Shown: positions 1-12,900 of the stretch, piece after piece
Position numbering within the stretch: the stretch's first letter is position 1
Layout of the letters: each line of letters begins with the position of its first letter
Assembly: GCA_964016885.1 (NCBI GenBank)
Contig: OZ024742.1
Span: 251,720,001-251,784,000, forward strand
DNA: 64,000 nt
From: Eledone cirrhosa
Lineage: Eukaryota
Reading direction: 5' to 3'
Position numbers and translations under genes: made by a program
Notes under the pieces: generated by a model
Told to the model about the DNA's origin: nothing
Database searches by the model: none
The model's input: the letters and a program-made list of their open reading frames with translations, nothing else

Positions 1-108
1 AACTATATTTCTTGATAGATTTTTATATATTTCAATTTCTATTTCATTTATCTATATCTTTTTTTGATTTTCTTGATGTGTTTTTCTAAGTATTTGCCCA
101 TGTTTTAT

Positions 109-186
109 ATTGCCTCGTCTGACGAACGAATGAAGTCGTTTATTTCGTATTCGTCTCATTCGGGAAACCTCTGGAAATGAGGTAAT
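109..186 (+). ncRNA. Type I hammerhead ribozyme motif, probably inactive (cleavage triplet GAA instead of GUH)
   Basis: Stem I attgcctcgt/atgaggtaat, core CTGACGA, stem II cgaatga...tcattcg, GAAA, stem III cc-tct-gg, then AA where UH is expected. Confidence 0.6.
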
Positions 187-286
187 TATATTGTATTGAT
201 TTTTATACATTAAATTTTGCTCGGATACTTACATAGAGCACTCTTCATTTCTATGACCTTTTCTGTTTCCAACGGAAATTTCAATA

Positions 287-287
<1 letters not shown>

Positions 288-352
<65 letters not shown>

Positions 353-772
353 AATCTATATATATGTATGTATATGTGTGTATGTATATATATGTGTGTA
401 TGCATATATATGTGTGTGTATGCATATATGTGTGTGTATGCATATGTGTGTGTGTGTATGTATATATATATATATGTGTGTATGCATATATGTGTGTGTA
501 TGTATATATATGTGTGTATGTATATATATGTATATATATATATATATGAAGATAAATTAACGAGCCATAGAGTCGCGTTATTCCTTGTAAATTATGTGCT
601 CAAAGGGAAAGGAATCCTATACATATTGTATATGTATATATTATATGCATGTATATATATGTATACGTGTATATATATGCATGTATATGTTTATTTGTAT
701 ATATGTATATGTGTGTATGTATGTATATATATGAATGTATATACATATATATATGTATGTGTATATATATAT
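288..772. repeat. Compound (TA)n/(TG)n/(TATG)n microsatellites
   Basis: Direct reading; source of the spurious Y/I/C/V ORFs. Confidence 0.95.
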
Positions 773-840
773 AGTTGTAATCTAAATTTTATAGATATAA
801 TCTGAATAGTATGGTAGAATATTAAGTGTTAAATGTTAAT

Positions 841-879
841 TGAACAAGTACTTTCATGCTTTCGCAATCTTCAGGTTCA
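841..879 (-). ncRNA. Minimal type I hammerhead ribozyme
   Basis: Minus strand reads tgaac-CTGAAGA-t tgc GAAA gca t-GAAA-gtac-TT-gttca: 5-bp stem I, GNRA-capped stem II, palindromic GTAC stem III. Confidence 0.75.
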
Positions 880-1187
880 TATTCTGTGGTGACAGTCAAG
901 TTTAAAATTTTCAACTGTAATGAGATGGGTAAATTTTGTGCCTTATATACAGTGAAAAGCGGCTACAGAATGCTAAATTTTGCAAACTGTATTTCGACCA
1001 ATTGGTGTGTAGTTTCACTGGATTACTGAGGCTGATTGGTTTAGGCGTCATGGTTGGTTGAGCATGTCTAACGACTTCTATTTGGCTCTATCCAAAGTAT
1101 CAATTGTTTTGCTATTTTTAGAAATGATGTAAATAACATTTTCTAGGGTTTTTATACCCCTAAGAATTATTATTGTTCAGTTAGCTA

Positions 1188-1225
1188 TGACCTGAAGATT
1201 GCGAAAGCATGACATTACTTGTTCA
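1188..1225 (+). ncRNA. Degenerate hammerhead copy (GACA for GAAA)
   Basis: tgac-CTGAAGA-ttgcgaaagcat-GACA-ttac-TT-gttca; inverted partner of 841-879. Confidence 0.5.
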
Positions 1226-1596
1226 ATTAACGCTTAACACTTAATACTATTTCATTCTAATACCATTATAATTTTAAAGGATTGTAAATAAAACGAGTAA
1301 ATCAGACAAAGTTGGAATTCCTTTTATTAATATAATCTTCTATACACAATCATACACACCCGTGTATATTTATTTATATATATATATGTATATATATATA
1401 TAGCTTTTAAGTTATTTTGTAGTATCTCTGTTCAGGAACACACCACTTATATTAAATTTATCTCCCTGGAGCTTTGTAAAAGTCTGAGAGATTGGCTACA
1501 TATATGTTTTATATATATTTTTTTTGTTTAGATGGAAGACAAAACAAAGAAGATGAATACAAAGATGAAGAAGAGAAAGATAAAGATGAAGAACCT

Positions 1597-1945
1597 CACT
1601 GCACAACACTACACTGCACCACACCGCACTGCACCACACCACATCAAAGTGCACCGCACCACATCACACCACACTTCACCACACCACATAAAAACATGCA
1701 ACACTACACCACACTACTCCACACCACAACACAACACAACACACCACTCCACACCACAACACAACACACCACTCATCACTACAACACACCACACTACTCC
1801 ACATAAAAACACACCATACTACTCCACACCACATAACACCACAACACAACACACCACACCTCACTACATCACACCACATAAAAACACACCTCACTATATC
1901 ACACCACATAAAAACACACCACACTACTCCACACCACACAACACC
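1597..1945. repeat. (CACAC/CACCA)n pentamer low-complexity repeat
   Basis: Direct reading. Confidence 0.9.
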
Positions 1946-1954
1946 CAAAATTTT

Positions 1955-3055
1955 TTCCTCATCTTTTTTTCATGTGTTATCAACTAATCTGATCTCCAAG
2001 ATGTTTGTTATTGACTCTCTCTTCATGGAAAACTTAGGTGGATGCACTTCTCTCATTTAACCCCAGAGTTTTCTCTAAGATTTTTCGTATGTTATCAACG
2101 AATATGACCTCCAAACCAGTTGGAAATGATTAATTGTTCTAGAAAAAAGGAGGGGTAAAGCAGGTGGAAAAACCATTGTCGTTTTGTGGATATATACCCT
2201 AATGATTTTTCTTCGGTCTCCTTTTGAGTGCTATCAACTAATCTGACCTTTTAGTTGCTCTGAATCAATTTTTTTTCCTGGGATTTGGAAACTAAAACTA
2301 AATTAAACATAAAATTAAATCTAGCCCCAACCCTAAACTCTAAATCTAAATCAAACCAAGCTAAATCTAAATATAGACATTACCCCAACCCTTAAACTAA
2401 ACCCTAAACTATACCCCAACCATAAAACTAAACCCTAAACATTACCCCAACCCTAAAACTAAACCCTAAACTTTACCCCAAACCTAAAACTAAACCCTAA
2501 ACTTTGCCCCAAACCTAAAACTAAACCCTAAACTTTACCCCAACCCTAAAACTAGACCCTAAACATTACCCCAACCCTAAAACTAAACTCTAAACTTTAC
2601 CCCAACCCTAAAACTAAACCCTAAACATTACCCCAACCCTAAACCTAACCCAGGGAAATAAGTTGATTGGAAGCATCTAGGAGGTCAGATTAATTAATAG
2701 CACAGGAAATAGCACAGGAAATAGCATAGGAAATAGCATAGGAAATAGCACAGGAAATAGCACAGGAAATTAATAGCACAGGAAATATACCGAAAATGAT
2801 TAAGTCCCACAACATGTGAGTGGGTGTAGATCTGCAAAACTCTTCCCCTCTCCCTCTCCTCTTTCTCCAAAGCTGTTGTTTTTGACTGGTTTGGAAGTCA
2901 TATTCACCGATAACGCATGAAAATAGAATCAAAGAGAAAATTCCGAGTAAGCAGGGGTTATCCGGGTGAAGGGGGAACCACCTCAATCTACCGTTTTCCT
3001 GGGGGGAAAAAGTCAGTTTCAAGCATCTTGGAGATTGGATTAGTTGATAGCACAT
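1955..3055. mobile_element. Foldback (palindromic) MITE-like element with a telomere-like minisatellite loop
   Basis: Outer IR gtgttatcaactaatctgatctccaagatg / catcttggagattggattagttgatagcaca; inner IRs gacctccaaaccagt / actggtttggaagtc and gtgctatcaactaatctgacct / aggtcagattaattaatagcac; centre 2290-2650 is a CCCTAA-like repeat. Confidence 0.7.
2300..2650 (+). repeat. 30-bp minisatellite of degenerate telomeric hexamers (taaaactaaaccctaaacattaccccaaccc)
   Basis: About 9 tandem 30-mers read directly. Confidence 0.85.
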
Positions 3056-3695
3056 CTCATCTCATCTCGTCTCGCCTCGCCTCGCAAAGCCTCGCCTCGC
3101 AAAGCCTCGCCTCCCCTCGCAAAGCCTCGCCTCCCCTCGCAAAGCCTCACCTCGCTTTGCCTCGCCTTGCCTCGCCTCGCCTCGCTTCGCAAAGCCTCGC
3201 CTCACCTCGCCTCGCCACGCCTCACCTTGCCTTGCCTCGCCTTGCCTCGCCTCGCCTTGCCTCGCCACGCCACGCCACGCCTCGCCTCGCCTTGCCTCGC
3301 CTCGCCTCGCTTCGCAAAGCTTCGCCTTGCCTCGCCTCGCCTTGCCTTGCCTCGCCTCGCCTCTCCTCGCCTACCCTCGCCTCGCCTCATTTCATCACAT
3401 CACATCACATGCCATCACACCACATGCTACCACACTACATCGAACCACATTGAACCACACTCCACTACACTAAACCACACTCCACTACACTACACCACTC
3501 CACTACACTACACCACACCACTGTCCACTACACTAAACCACACTCCACTACACCATACCACTGTCCACTACACTAAACCACACTCCACTACACTACACCA
3601 CACCACTGTCCACTACACTAAACCACATGCCACTACACTCTACTACACTACACCACACTCCACTACACTACACCACACCACACTACACCACACCA
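3055..3695. repeat. (CTCGC)n grading into (CACTA/CACCA)n pentamer repeats
   Basis: Direct reading; source of the LASPR ORFs. Confidence 0.9.
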
Positions 3696-3861
3696 TTGTC
3701 TATTCGACTGTTTTCTATTTCGTAGGTATGTCCAGTTACAGTAAGAGAAAGTTATTTCAAAGGATCTGAGTAAGTAAACACTTCATTGACCATCATTTTA
3801 AGCAGAATCTCAGTGTAGTTTTAAATTGACCTTTTCATATGATTACACCTCAGTCTTAACT

Positions 3862-4040
3862 TAATTGTTTCTACTTTAGGCACAAGGCCAGCAATAACTC
3901 AGTACATTACTGGTACTTTATTTTATCGACCCCATAAGGATGAAAGGCAAAGTCAACCTCGGCAGGATTTGAACTCAGATCGTAAAGGGACGTAACTATG
4001 CTGGAAAGCATGGCGTCCGACCCTCTACCGATACTGCCAA
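3862..4040 (-). mobile_element. tRNA-derived SINE, CORE-like body (family A)
   Basis: Minus strand: A-box ttggcagtatcggtag, B-box gagttcaaatcc, then gactttgcctttcatcc...ggggtcgataaaataaagtaccagt; copies at 24820 and 52300. Confidence 0.85.
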
Positions 4041-4244
4041 CTGTAGATGGATGCTACATGTAATGTTAAAATTAGTTAAACACTGTTTCCCCCTTCTCAT
4101 CACATGTGGATGCTACATGTGTATTGTTAACATTATTCTAACATTGTGTGTGTGTCCCCCCCCCCCGCCTCACCATATCATACCACACCACATCACACCA
4201 TGTTGTACCACACCAGACCACATAACACCATGCTATACCATATA

Positions 4245-5240
4245 TCATCATCTCATCATCATCTTCGTTTAACGTCCGTGTTCCACGCTTGCATGGGTTT
4301 GGACGGGAGTTTTCCCACTTGAGGCAAGAGTGGTTGTCTTGCTCGCATAGGACTGTCTGGCGGGTTTTCTACGGCTGGATGCCCTTCCTAACACCAACCA
4401 CATTTACAGTGTGGAACTGGGAGGTTTTTACCGTGTTGCCTACATGGCCACATTACAGCGTGGACTGTGTGTTTTTTTTTTTTGTCGTGACACCTACACG
4501 ACCTCATTTGTTTCGGGCTGAATGTTGTGGTATCAACATAACTTTACATTGAAAGGGGTGGTGTGGATAGGGTGGGGGTAGTGGGACAGGGTGTATTTTG
4601 TTAGAGGTGCCTACTGACTGTAGTAGGTTTCACTTTGCACTTAGGTAAGGCGGGTCTTCTCTATTACTGTGTAGCGCCAAAGATCTCGGTCCAGTGACAT
4701 TGTCTTGGAGAGGTGTAAGTGTGTGAGGTCGGAATTTATCAAGTCGTCCCAGGTTTTTCTGGGTCTGCCTACTCCCTGGCTACCGTCTATTTTTATTGCC
4801 CTGCACTTTTTTATACAGCTGTCGTCTTTCATGCGCATCACGTGACCATACCAACGGAGTCTTCTCTCGAGTAAACACCATCTGATCCCTCTTATTTCTA
4901 ATTTCTCCCTTAGTTCGTTTATGCTTTGCCATTCACGTATATTACTATTACACATCCAGAGGAGCATGCAAGCTTTGTTTCTCTCCAGTCTGCGTATATC
5001 CTCTGCACACAATGCCCAGGTCTCACTGCCATGTAACATTGCTGTTCGTATGCAGGCATCATACAGCCTGCCTTTCATTTTTAGAGAGAACCCTTTAGCG
5101 GCCAATAGTGGTATAAGCTCTCTGAATTTTTTCCATCCCGTTCTGACTCTAGCTACTGTACTTTCAGAGCACCCTCCCCCACTGCTGATTTTATCACCCA
5201 GGTAACGGAAGCTGTCTACTATTTCTATAGAACCATCTGT
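4245..5240 (-). mobile_element. RTE-clade LINE, 3' fragment (RT C-terminus, 3' UTR, (GAT)n tail)
   Basis: ORF 4641-5105 has LHGSETW...RLRWYGHVMRM...GRPRKTW, typical of RTE; close copy at 56653-57213. Confidence 0.9.
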
Positions 5241-6159
5241 GCAATGTGCAATATATATATGAGCTCGCCACTCGTTATATTAACTGTATCTCCTCAGTGT
5301 TTCGTGAAAGTCTGAGAGATCAGCTATTTATTTGTTTACAATTTTTTTTTATATTTAGATGGAAAAGAAGAAAAAGATGACAAAGCAGACGACTAAAATG
5401 AAAATGACAACAAAGACAAAGAAGACACGGGAAACGAAGAGGACGAAAAGAAGAAGAAAGTATGATCTCAGTTCAGTCTAAACCTAATGATTTATAGATA
5501 TGATCTTAGTTCAGTCTTAACCTAATGACCTGTAGATACGATCTATTTAGGTTTAACTTAAACATTCTAAGATATTTGTATATACTTTTGTTGATGTTTG
5601 ACATTGTTTTTTAGTTATGAAATAGCTTATAAGCTACATTATAGGATCACAGTGCATGAGCACACTGCTCTTTAAATTAACTTTATCTCCTCAGCACTTT
5701 GTAAAGTCTGAGAGATAGGCAACATATATGTTTTACATTCTTTGTTTTTGGTATTTAGATGGCAGAGGAGAAGATAAAGGCACAGAAGAAGTCAAAGGCA
5801 CAGAAGCAGTCAAAGGCACAGAATAAGTCAAAGGCACAGAAGAAAACAAAGGCACAGAAGAAGACAAAGAAAATGAACAAGAAGAACAATTATTATTACT
5901 ATTATTATTGTTATTATTATTTGTATTATTATAATCAAACTAAGCCACACTACATCAACCTATACCATACCACACCACACTGACAAACATTATACCATAC
6001 CACATTATCCAACACCACACTATGAAGCACTGTACGACCTCACATCAGACCATGCTATGGAACAATATACCATACTACACTATACAACAATAGACAACAC
6101 CACACAAGACTATGAAACACTATAGTTTACCACACTATATCACACCACTCAAGTTAGAG

Positions 6160-9100
6160 AGGATCAACTTTTTTCCTGGAAAGTAGAAAACCTACTTTAA
6201 GCTAAAACCGAACTTTAAAAATAACACTTACCCTAACACTTGCACTCACACATGCTCTAACAGTGAACTTAGCGCTAACATGAAAACTAACACAAACACA
6301 AAATCTGAAAACTAACATTAAATAGAAAACTAACACAAACACAAACCTGAATACTAACACTAAAACTGACACTAACACTAACCTGAACACCAGCACTAAA
6401 ACTAACACTACCGTAAACACTAATACAAACACTAACACTAATCTGAACACTTACACTAAAACTAACATTAGCACAAACATTAGCCTGAACACTAGCACTA
6501 AAACTAACACTACCATAAACACTAACACTGAGCTGAGTACTAACACAAATACTAATCTGAAAACTGATACTAACCAGAAAACTAAGCTAACATTAACTTC
6601 AACACTAAAACAAACACTAACACTAACAGAGATACTAACACAAATATTAACACAAAAACAAACACTAACACAATCTCTAACACTAACCTCAACACTAACA
6701 CTAAAACTAACATTAACTTGAACACTAACTCTAACCTGAAAACTAAGCTAACATTAACCTGAACACTAACATAAACACTAATGCTAACACTAACAGAAAT
6801 ACTAATGCTAACATTAACGCTAACCTTAACACAAAAACAAAGACTAACACTAATACAATCACTAACACTAATGGAAACATCAAACACTAATGCTAACAGA
6901 GATACTAACACAAATATTAACACAAAAACAAATACTAACACTAACCTTAACACTAAAACTAACACTAACAGAGATACTAACACAAATATTAACACAAAAA
7001 CAAACACTAACACAATCTCTAACACTAAAACTAACATTAACTTGAACACTAACACTAACCTGAAAACTAAGCTAACATTAACCTGAACACTAACACAAAC
7101 ACTCATGCTAACACTAACAGAAATACTAATGCTAACATTAACACAAAAACAAAGACTAATGCTAACACAATCACTAACACTAATGGAAACATCAATCACT
7201 AATGCTAACAGAGATACTAACACTAATATTAACACAAAAACAAACACTAACACAATCTCTAACACTAACCTTAACACTAAAACTAACATTAACACAAACA
7301 TAACTTGAACACTAACACTAACCTGAACACTTTCACTAAAACTAACATTAACCTAAACACTAGCACTAAAACTAACACTACCATAAACAGTAACACAATC
7401 ACTAACACTGATCTGAGCACTAACAGTAACACTAACACTACCATAAAAACTAACACTAACCTGAACACTAACACTAAAACTAACACAAAAACTGATACTA
7501 ACCAGAAAACTAAGCTAACATTAACCTCAACACTAAAACAAACACTAACATTAACAGAAAAACAAAGACTAGCACTAACACTAATGGAAACACTAACACA
7601 AACATTAACACAAAATAAAACACTAACACTAATGGAAAAAATAACACTAAAACTAACACTACCATAAACACTAACGCTAACCTGAACACTAACACTAACA
7701 CTAAAACTGACATTAACACGAACATTAACCTGAACACTAACACTACCACTAAAACTAACACTACCATAAACCACTAACCTGAGCACTAACACTTAAAGTA
7801 ACACGAGCCCTAACCTGAAAACTAACACTAACCAGAAAACTAAGTCAACATTAACCTGAACACTAACACTAACAAAAATGCTAACACTAATACAAAATCA
7901 AACACTAACACGAACACTAATGGAAACACTAACACTAACGCCAATGCTGACACTGACGAAGATGACTATGCTGGCACAAACGCTAGCGCAAATGTTGACA
8001 CAATCACTTACGCTGACACAAACACTAACGTGAATACTGATGCAGGTGCAAAGGCGAATGCTGACAAAGACTCTGATGTAAATGCTACACAGACTCTAAC
8101 GCTGACGTGGACACTGACACAAATGCTCACGCTGATGCAAACACTAAAGCAAATGCAGACACTAATGCAAACACAGACACAAATGTTGATGCAGATGTTA
8201 AAGCAAACGCAAATGCTGATGCAGACGCTGACACAGACGCTAACACACGTTAACACAGATGCTAACGTAAACACTGACGCAGATGCTAATATAAACACTG
8301 ACGCAGACGCTAACATAAACGCTGACACAGATGCTAACACACGTTGACACAGACGCTAACGTAAACGATGACACAGACGCTAATGTAAACGATGACGTAG
8401 AAGCTAACGTAAACGCTGACACAGACGCAAATGTAAATGCTGACGCTGATGTAGATGTAAATACAGACACTGACACAGACGCTGACGTAGAAGCTAACAC
8501 AAACGCTGACACAGACACTAATGTAAGCGCTGACGTAGAAGCTAATGTAGATGCTGACGTAGAAGCTAACGTAAACGATGATGGAGATGTTAACGTAGAA
8601 GCTGACGTAGATGCAGATGTAGAAGCTAACGTAAACGCTGACGTAGAAGCTAACAAAACGCTGACGTAGTTGTTACGTAGAAGCAGGCGTAGAAGTTAGC
8701 GTTTACCCTTACCGCCGAAGCTGATCTCCAAAACGCAATTGCTGATGCGGATTGCTGAAGCCAAAGCCAAGCTAACGCTGACGCAAATGTTGAGGCAGTA
8801 TTGCCGGCGCTGACGTGTATGCTGACGCTAACGCAAATGCTGATGCGGACGCTAGGGCTCAGACTAACGCTAACGCTGACACAAATGCTGAAGTTAACGC
8901 TTACATGGGATATGCAGACGCTGCATTGATGCGGACGCCACAGGAAAGGTTGATGGAAACGCCAATGCTAACGGAAACGCTGACGTAGACGTTACGGAAA
9001 CGCTGACGTAGAAGCTAACGTAAACGCTGACACAGACGCTAACGTAAACGCTGACACTGACGCTAACGTAAGCACTGACGTTAACTGAAACGCTGATGCT

Positions 9101-9900
9101 GATGTAGATGTAAATACTGACGCTGACACAGAAGCTAACGTACACGCTGACACAGACGCGGTCGGAAACGCTGATGTAGAAGCTAACGGAAACGCTGATG
9201 TAGAAGCTAACGTACACACTGACACAGACGCTAACGGAAATACTGACAAAGACGTTAAAGGAAACGCTGTCGCAAACGCTAATGTGAATGCTGATGCAGA
9301 TGCAGACGCAAATGCTAACCCCTACACAAATGCAAACGCTGACGCTAACACTGACTCAAACACTAATGCAAATGCTGACGTGCACGCTGATGCAAACGCT
9401 GACACTGAGGGAAATGCTGACACTGACACAGGTGCTAACGCGGACGCTAATGATAATGCTGACTCAGAAGCTGACGTAGACGCAGGCACTGAAACAAACA
9501 CTAATGCTAACACTAATGTTGACTCAGACACTAAGGGAAATGCTGACACAATCACTATCACCAGTGCAGACGCTGACGCAAATGCTGACATAGATGCTGA
9601 CATTTACACAAACACTAAGGCTAATCCAAACACTAACACAGATGCTAACACCAGTCTACATAGACACTAACACAAAAGCTTACATAGACGCTTATGCAAA
9701 TGCTAACGCTGATGCAGATAGTAACGCAAACAGTAACTGTAAGAGTAACAGTTACAGTAACACTAACAGTGACAGTAATGCTAACAGTAACAGTCACTAA
9801 CAATAAACTTACCATTAACAGTAAAACTTACCCTAACACTAACCCTAAATCTAACATTAATCCAGAGAAAAAAGTCATTTGCAATCACATTTAAGGTCAC
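6160..9900. repeat. 3.7-kb hexamer-period array (ACACTA to ACGCTG/ACGTAG to ACAGTA to CCCTAA) bounded by foldback-element arms
   Basis: 6-bp periodicity throughout; tcaacttttttcctgga at ~6165 and tccagagaaaaaagtcatttgcaa at ~9861 match the inner arms of the foldback element. Confidence 0.8.
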
Positions 9901-9959
9901 TCTTTAAGATAGAGAAGATAGGCATTACATTTTAATGATTTTAATTTAAAGAGAATCAC

Positions 9960-12900
9960 GCTATACAATGCAACACAATAACACACCACACCACACTAAC
10001 CTACACTACACCAAACCAGATTATACCTACCTTGGTAAATTTATGATAGGTTTCCATGTTATAACTACACCAAACTAAACCATACCAAACTACACCAAAC
10101 CAAACCACACCATAACAAACTACACCATACTACATCACACCATGCTATTGAACTCAGTGTGAAAAATTTTCTTCCTGCTTTTTTTGTCTTTTTTTGTGTG
10201 TATGCTTACCACCCAATCTGACATTAAAAGTGTTCGCAATTAACTATTTTTTGCACATATTATCAATGAAGACTTTGAAACCTGTTGAAAATGACTAGCT
10301 TTGTAGAAAAAGAGGGCGGAAAGTGGGTGGAAATACCATTCACAAAGCTTGTCATTTTTGATTGCAGTGAAAGTCATATTTGTTGTTAATATGGTAATGG
10401 AGGCACATGGCTTAGTGGTTAGAGCATTGGCCTTGCAATCGAAAGGTTGTGAGTTCGATTCTCAGACCAGGTGGTGTGTTGTTTCCTTGAGCAAGACACT
10501 TTATTTCACATTGCTCCAGTTTACTCAGCTGTAGAAATGAGATGATAGGGACTGGGGTCCCTATCATTCCACTGCAAAGTGGTCGTGTAGGTGCCACGGC
10601 AAAAACCACCCAGCACTCACTGTAAATGAGGTTGGTGTTAGGAAGGGCATCCAGCTGTAGACATCAAGCCAGAATCAGTTCCAGTCCCACTCTTGCAAGC
10701 AGGGAAAAGTGGACGTAAAATGATGATGATGATGATGGTAAAAGCATAGTCGGCTGTGAGCATGTTGGAGGTTGGAAAATCATACCACATTAAACTACAT
10801 CAAACTACACCATACCAAACTACACCATACTACATCACACCATGCTATTAATCTCAGAGAGAACATTTTTCTTCCTGTTTTTTTTTTCTGTGTGTGTGTG
10901 TGCTTACCACCCAATCTAATATCAAAGGTGCTCACAAATGACTATTTTTTTACACATTATCAATGGATATAACATGGAAACCTATCATTTGCAATAGGTT
11001 CCCATGTCATAACTACAACAATCCAAACCACACCATAACAAACTACACCATTCTGCATCACACCATGCTTTTGATCTCAGTGTGAAAAATTTTCTTCCTG
11101 TTTCTTTTTTTTTTGTGTGTTCTTACCACCTAATCTGACATCAAAGGTGCTGGAATTGACTATTTTTCGCACATATTATCAATAATTATGACATGGAAAA
11201 CTGTCAAAAATGACTAGCTTTGTAGAAAAAAGAGGGAGGATGTGGGTGGAAATACCATTTACAAAGCTAGTCATTTTTTATTGCAGCGCAAGTCATATTT
11301 TTTGTTAATATGCTAAAAGCATAGTCCACTGCGAGCATCTTGGAAGTTGTATTAGTTGATAGCACATGCAAAAGTAAAGGAAAAAAATTTTTTTCTTACA
11401 TAAATCAAAGTAGAAATTTAATTCCTTACTTATAACAAAGCACACCACACCACATTAATCTACCCCAAACCACACCATATCAAACAGCACCATATTATGG
11501 GAAATTTATTACAGAACACCTACTCCTATCATTTACATCACACCATGGTATGGACATCAATGTAACAAATTTGCAACCTGCTTATTTTTTTTTTTTTGTG
11601 GTTACCACCCAAACTAACATCAAAGGTGCTTGCAAATGACTATTTTCCCACATTATCAATGAATATGACATGGGAATCTATCGTTTAGAATTGGTTTCCA
11701 TTTCATAACTTCACCTAACCAAACCACACCATACCAAGTTACACCATACTACATCGCACCAAGCTATTGATCTTGGTGTGAAACATTTTTTTCCGTTTCC
11801 TTTTTTTTTTCTGTGTTCTTACTACCCAATCTGTCATTAAAGGTGCTTCCAATTTACTTTTTTTTTCACAAATTTAAATCCTCACTTATAACAAAGCACA
11901 CCACAGCACATTAATCTACCCCAATCCACACCATAAATTCACCATAACCATACTTCACTATATGATAAATTTATTACAAAATGCCTACTCCTACCATTTA
12001 CATCACACCATGGTATGGGCATCAATGTAACAAATTTGCTACCTGCTATTTTTTTTTTGTGGTTACCACCTCCAACTAACATCAAAGGTGCTTGCAAATG
12101 ACTATTTTCCCACACATTATCAATGAATATGACATGGGAATCTATCGTTTACAATTGGTTTCCATTTCATAACTTCACCAAACCAAGCTATTGATCTTTG
12201 TGTGAAACATTTTCTTCTCGTTTCCTTTTTTTTTTTTGTGTGTGCTTACCACCCAATCTGACGTTAAAGGTGCTCCCAATTGACTATTTTTTTCCACTTA
12301 TCAATAATTATGACATGGAAACTTGTCGAAAATGACTATCTTTGTAGAAACTTCACCAAACCACACCATAATACATCACACCAAGATAGTGATTTTGGTG
12401 TGACCAATTTTCATCTGGCATTTTTTTTTTTTTTTGTGCTTGCCACCCAGTTTGACATAAAAGGTGCCCGCAAATTACTATTTTATGCACATATTATCAA
12501 TGGTTATGACATGGAAACCTGATGAAAATGACTAGCTTTGTAGAAAAAAGAGAGAGGATGTGGGTGGAAATACCATTTAGAAAGCTAGCCATTTTTTATT
12601 GCAGCGGAAGTCATATATTTTGTTAATATGCTAAAAGCATAGTCCACTGCGAGCATCTTGGAAGTTGATAGCACATGCAAAAATGAAGGAAAAATTTTTT
12701 TTCTAACATAAGTCAAAGTGGAAATTTAAATCCTCACTTATAACAAAGCACACCACAGCACATTAATCTACCCCAATCCACACCATAAATTCACCATAAC
12801 CATACTTCACTATATGGTAAATTTATTACAGAACACCTACTCCTACCATTTACATCACAATATGGTATGGACATCAATGTGACAAATTTGCTACCTGCTT

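Larger units (their letters stand above)
808..1266. mobile_element. Small inverted-repeat element with hammerhead-bearing arms (Penelope pLTR-derived, non-autonomous)
   Basis: 808-881 is the approximate reverse complement of 1186-1266; each arm contains ctgaagattgcgaaagcatga. Confidence 0.65.

Noticed and set aside
217-805. Long Y/I/C/V/M-rich ORFs (also 16800-17230, 41230-42470, 46610-47790)
   Set aside because: Translations of TA/TG microsatellites, not genes
2300-2650. True telomere or chromosome-fusion site
   Set aside because: Degenerate 30-bp units enclosed in foldback arms, not pure TTAGGG
6582-9670. Long LVLV, TNTN and ADAN ORFs resembling membrane or antifreeze proteins
   Set aside because: By-product of the 6-bp periodic repeat; open on both strands and interrupted by stops
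10402-10480. tRNA gene (also 21570-21630, 21762-21830)
   Set aside because: A/B boxes run into SINE bodies; no proper cloverleaf or terminator
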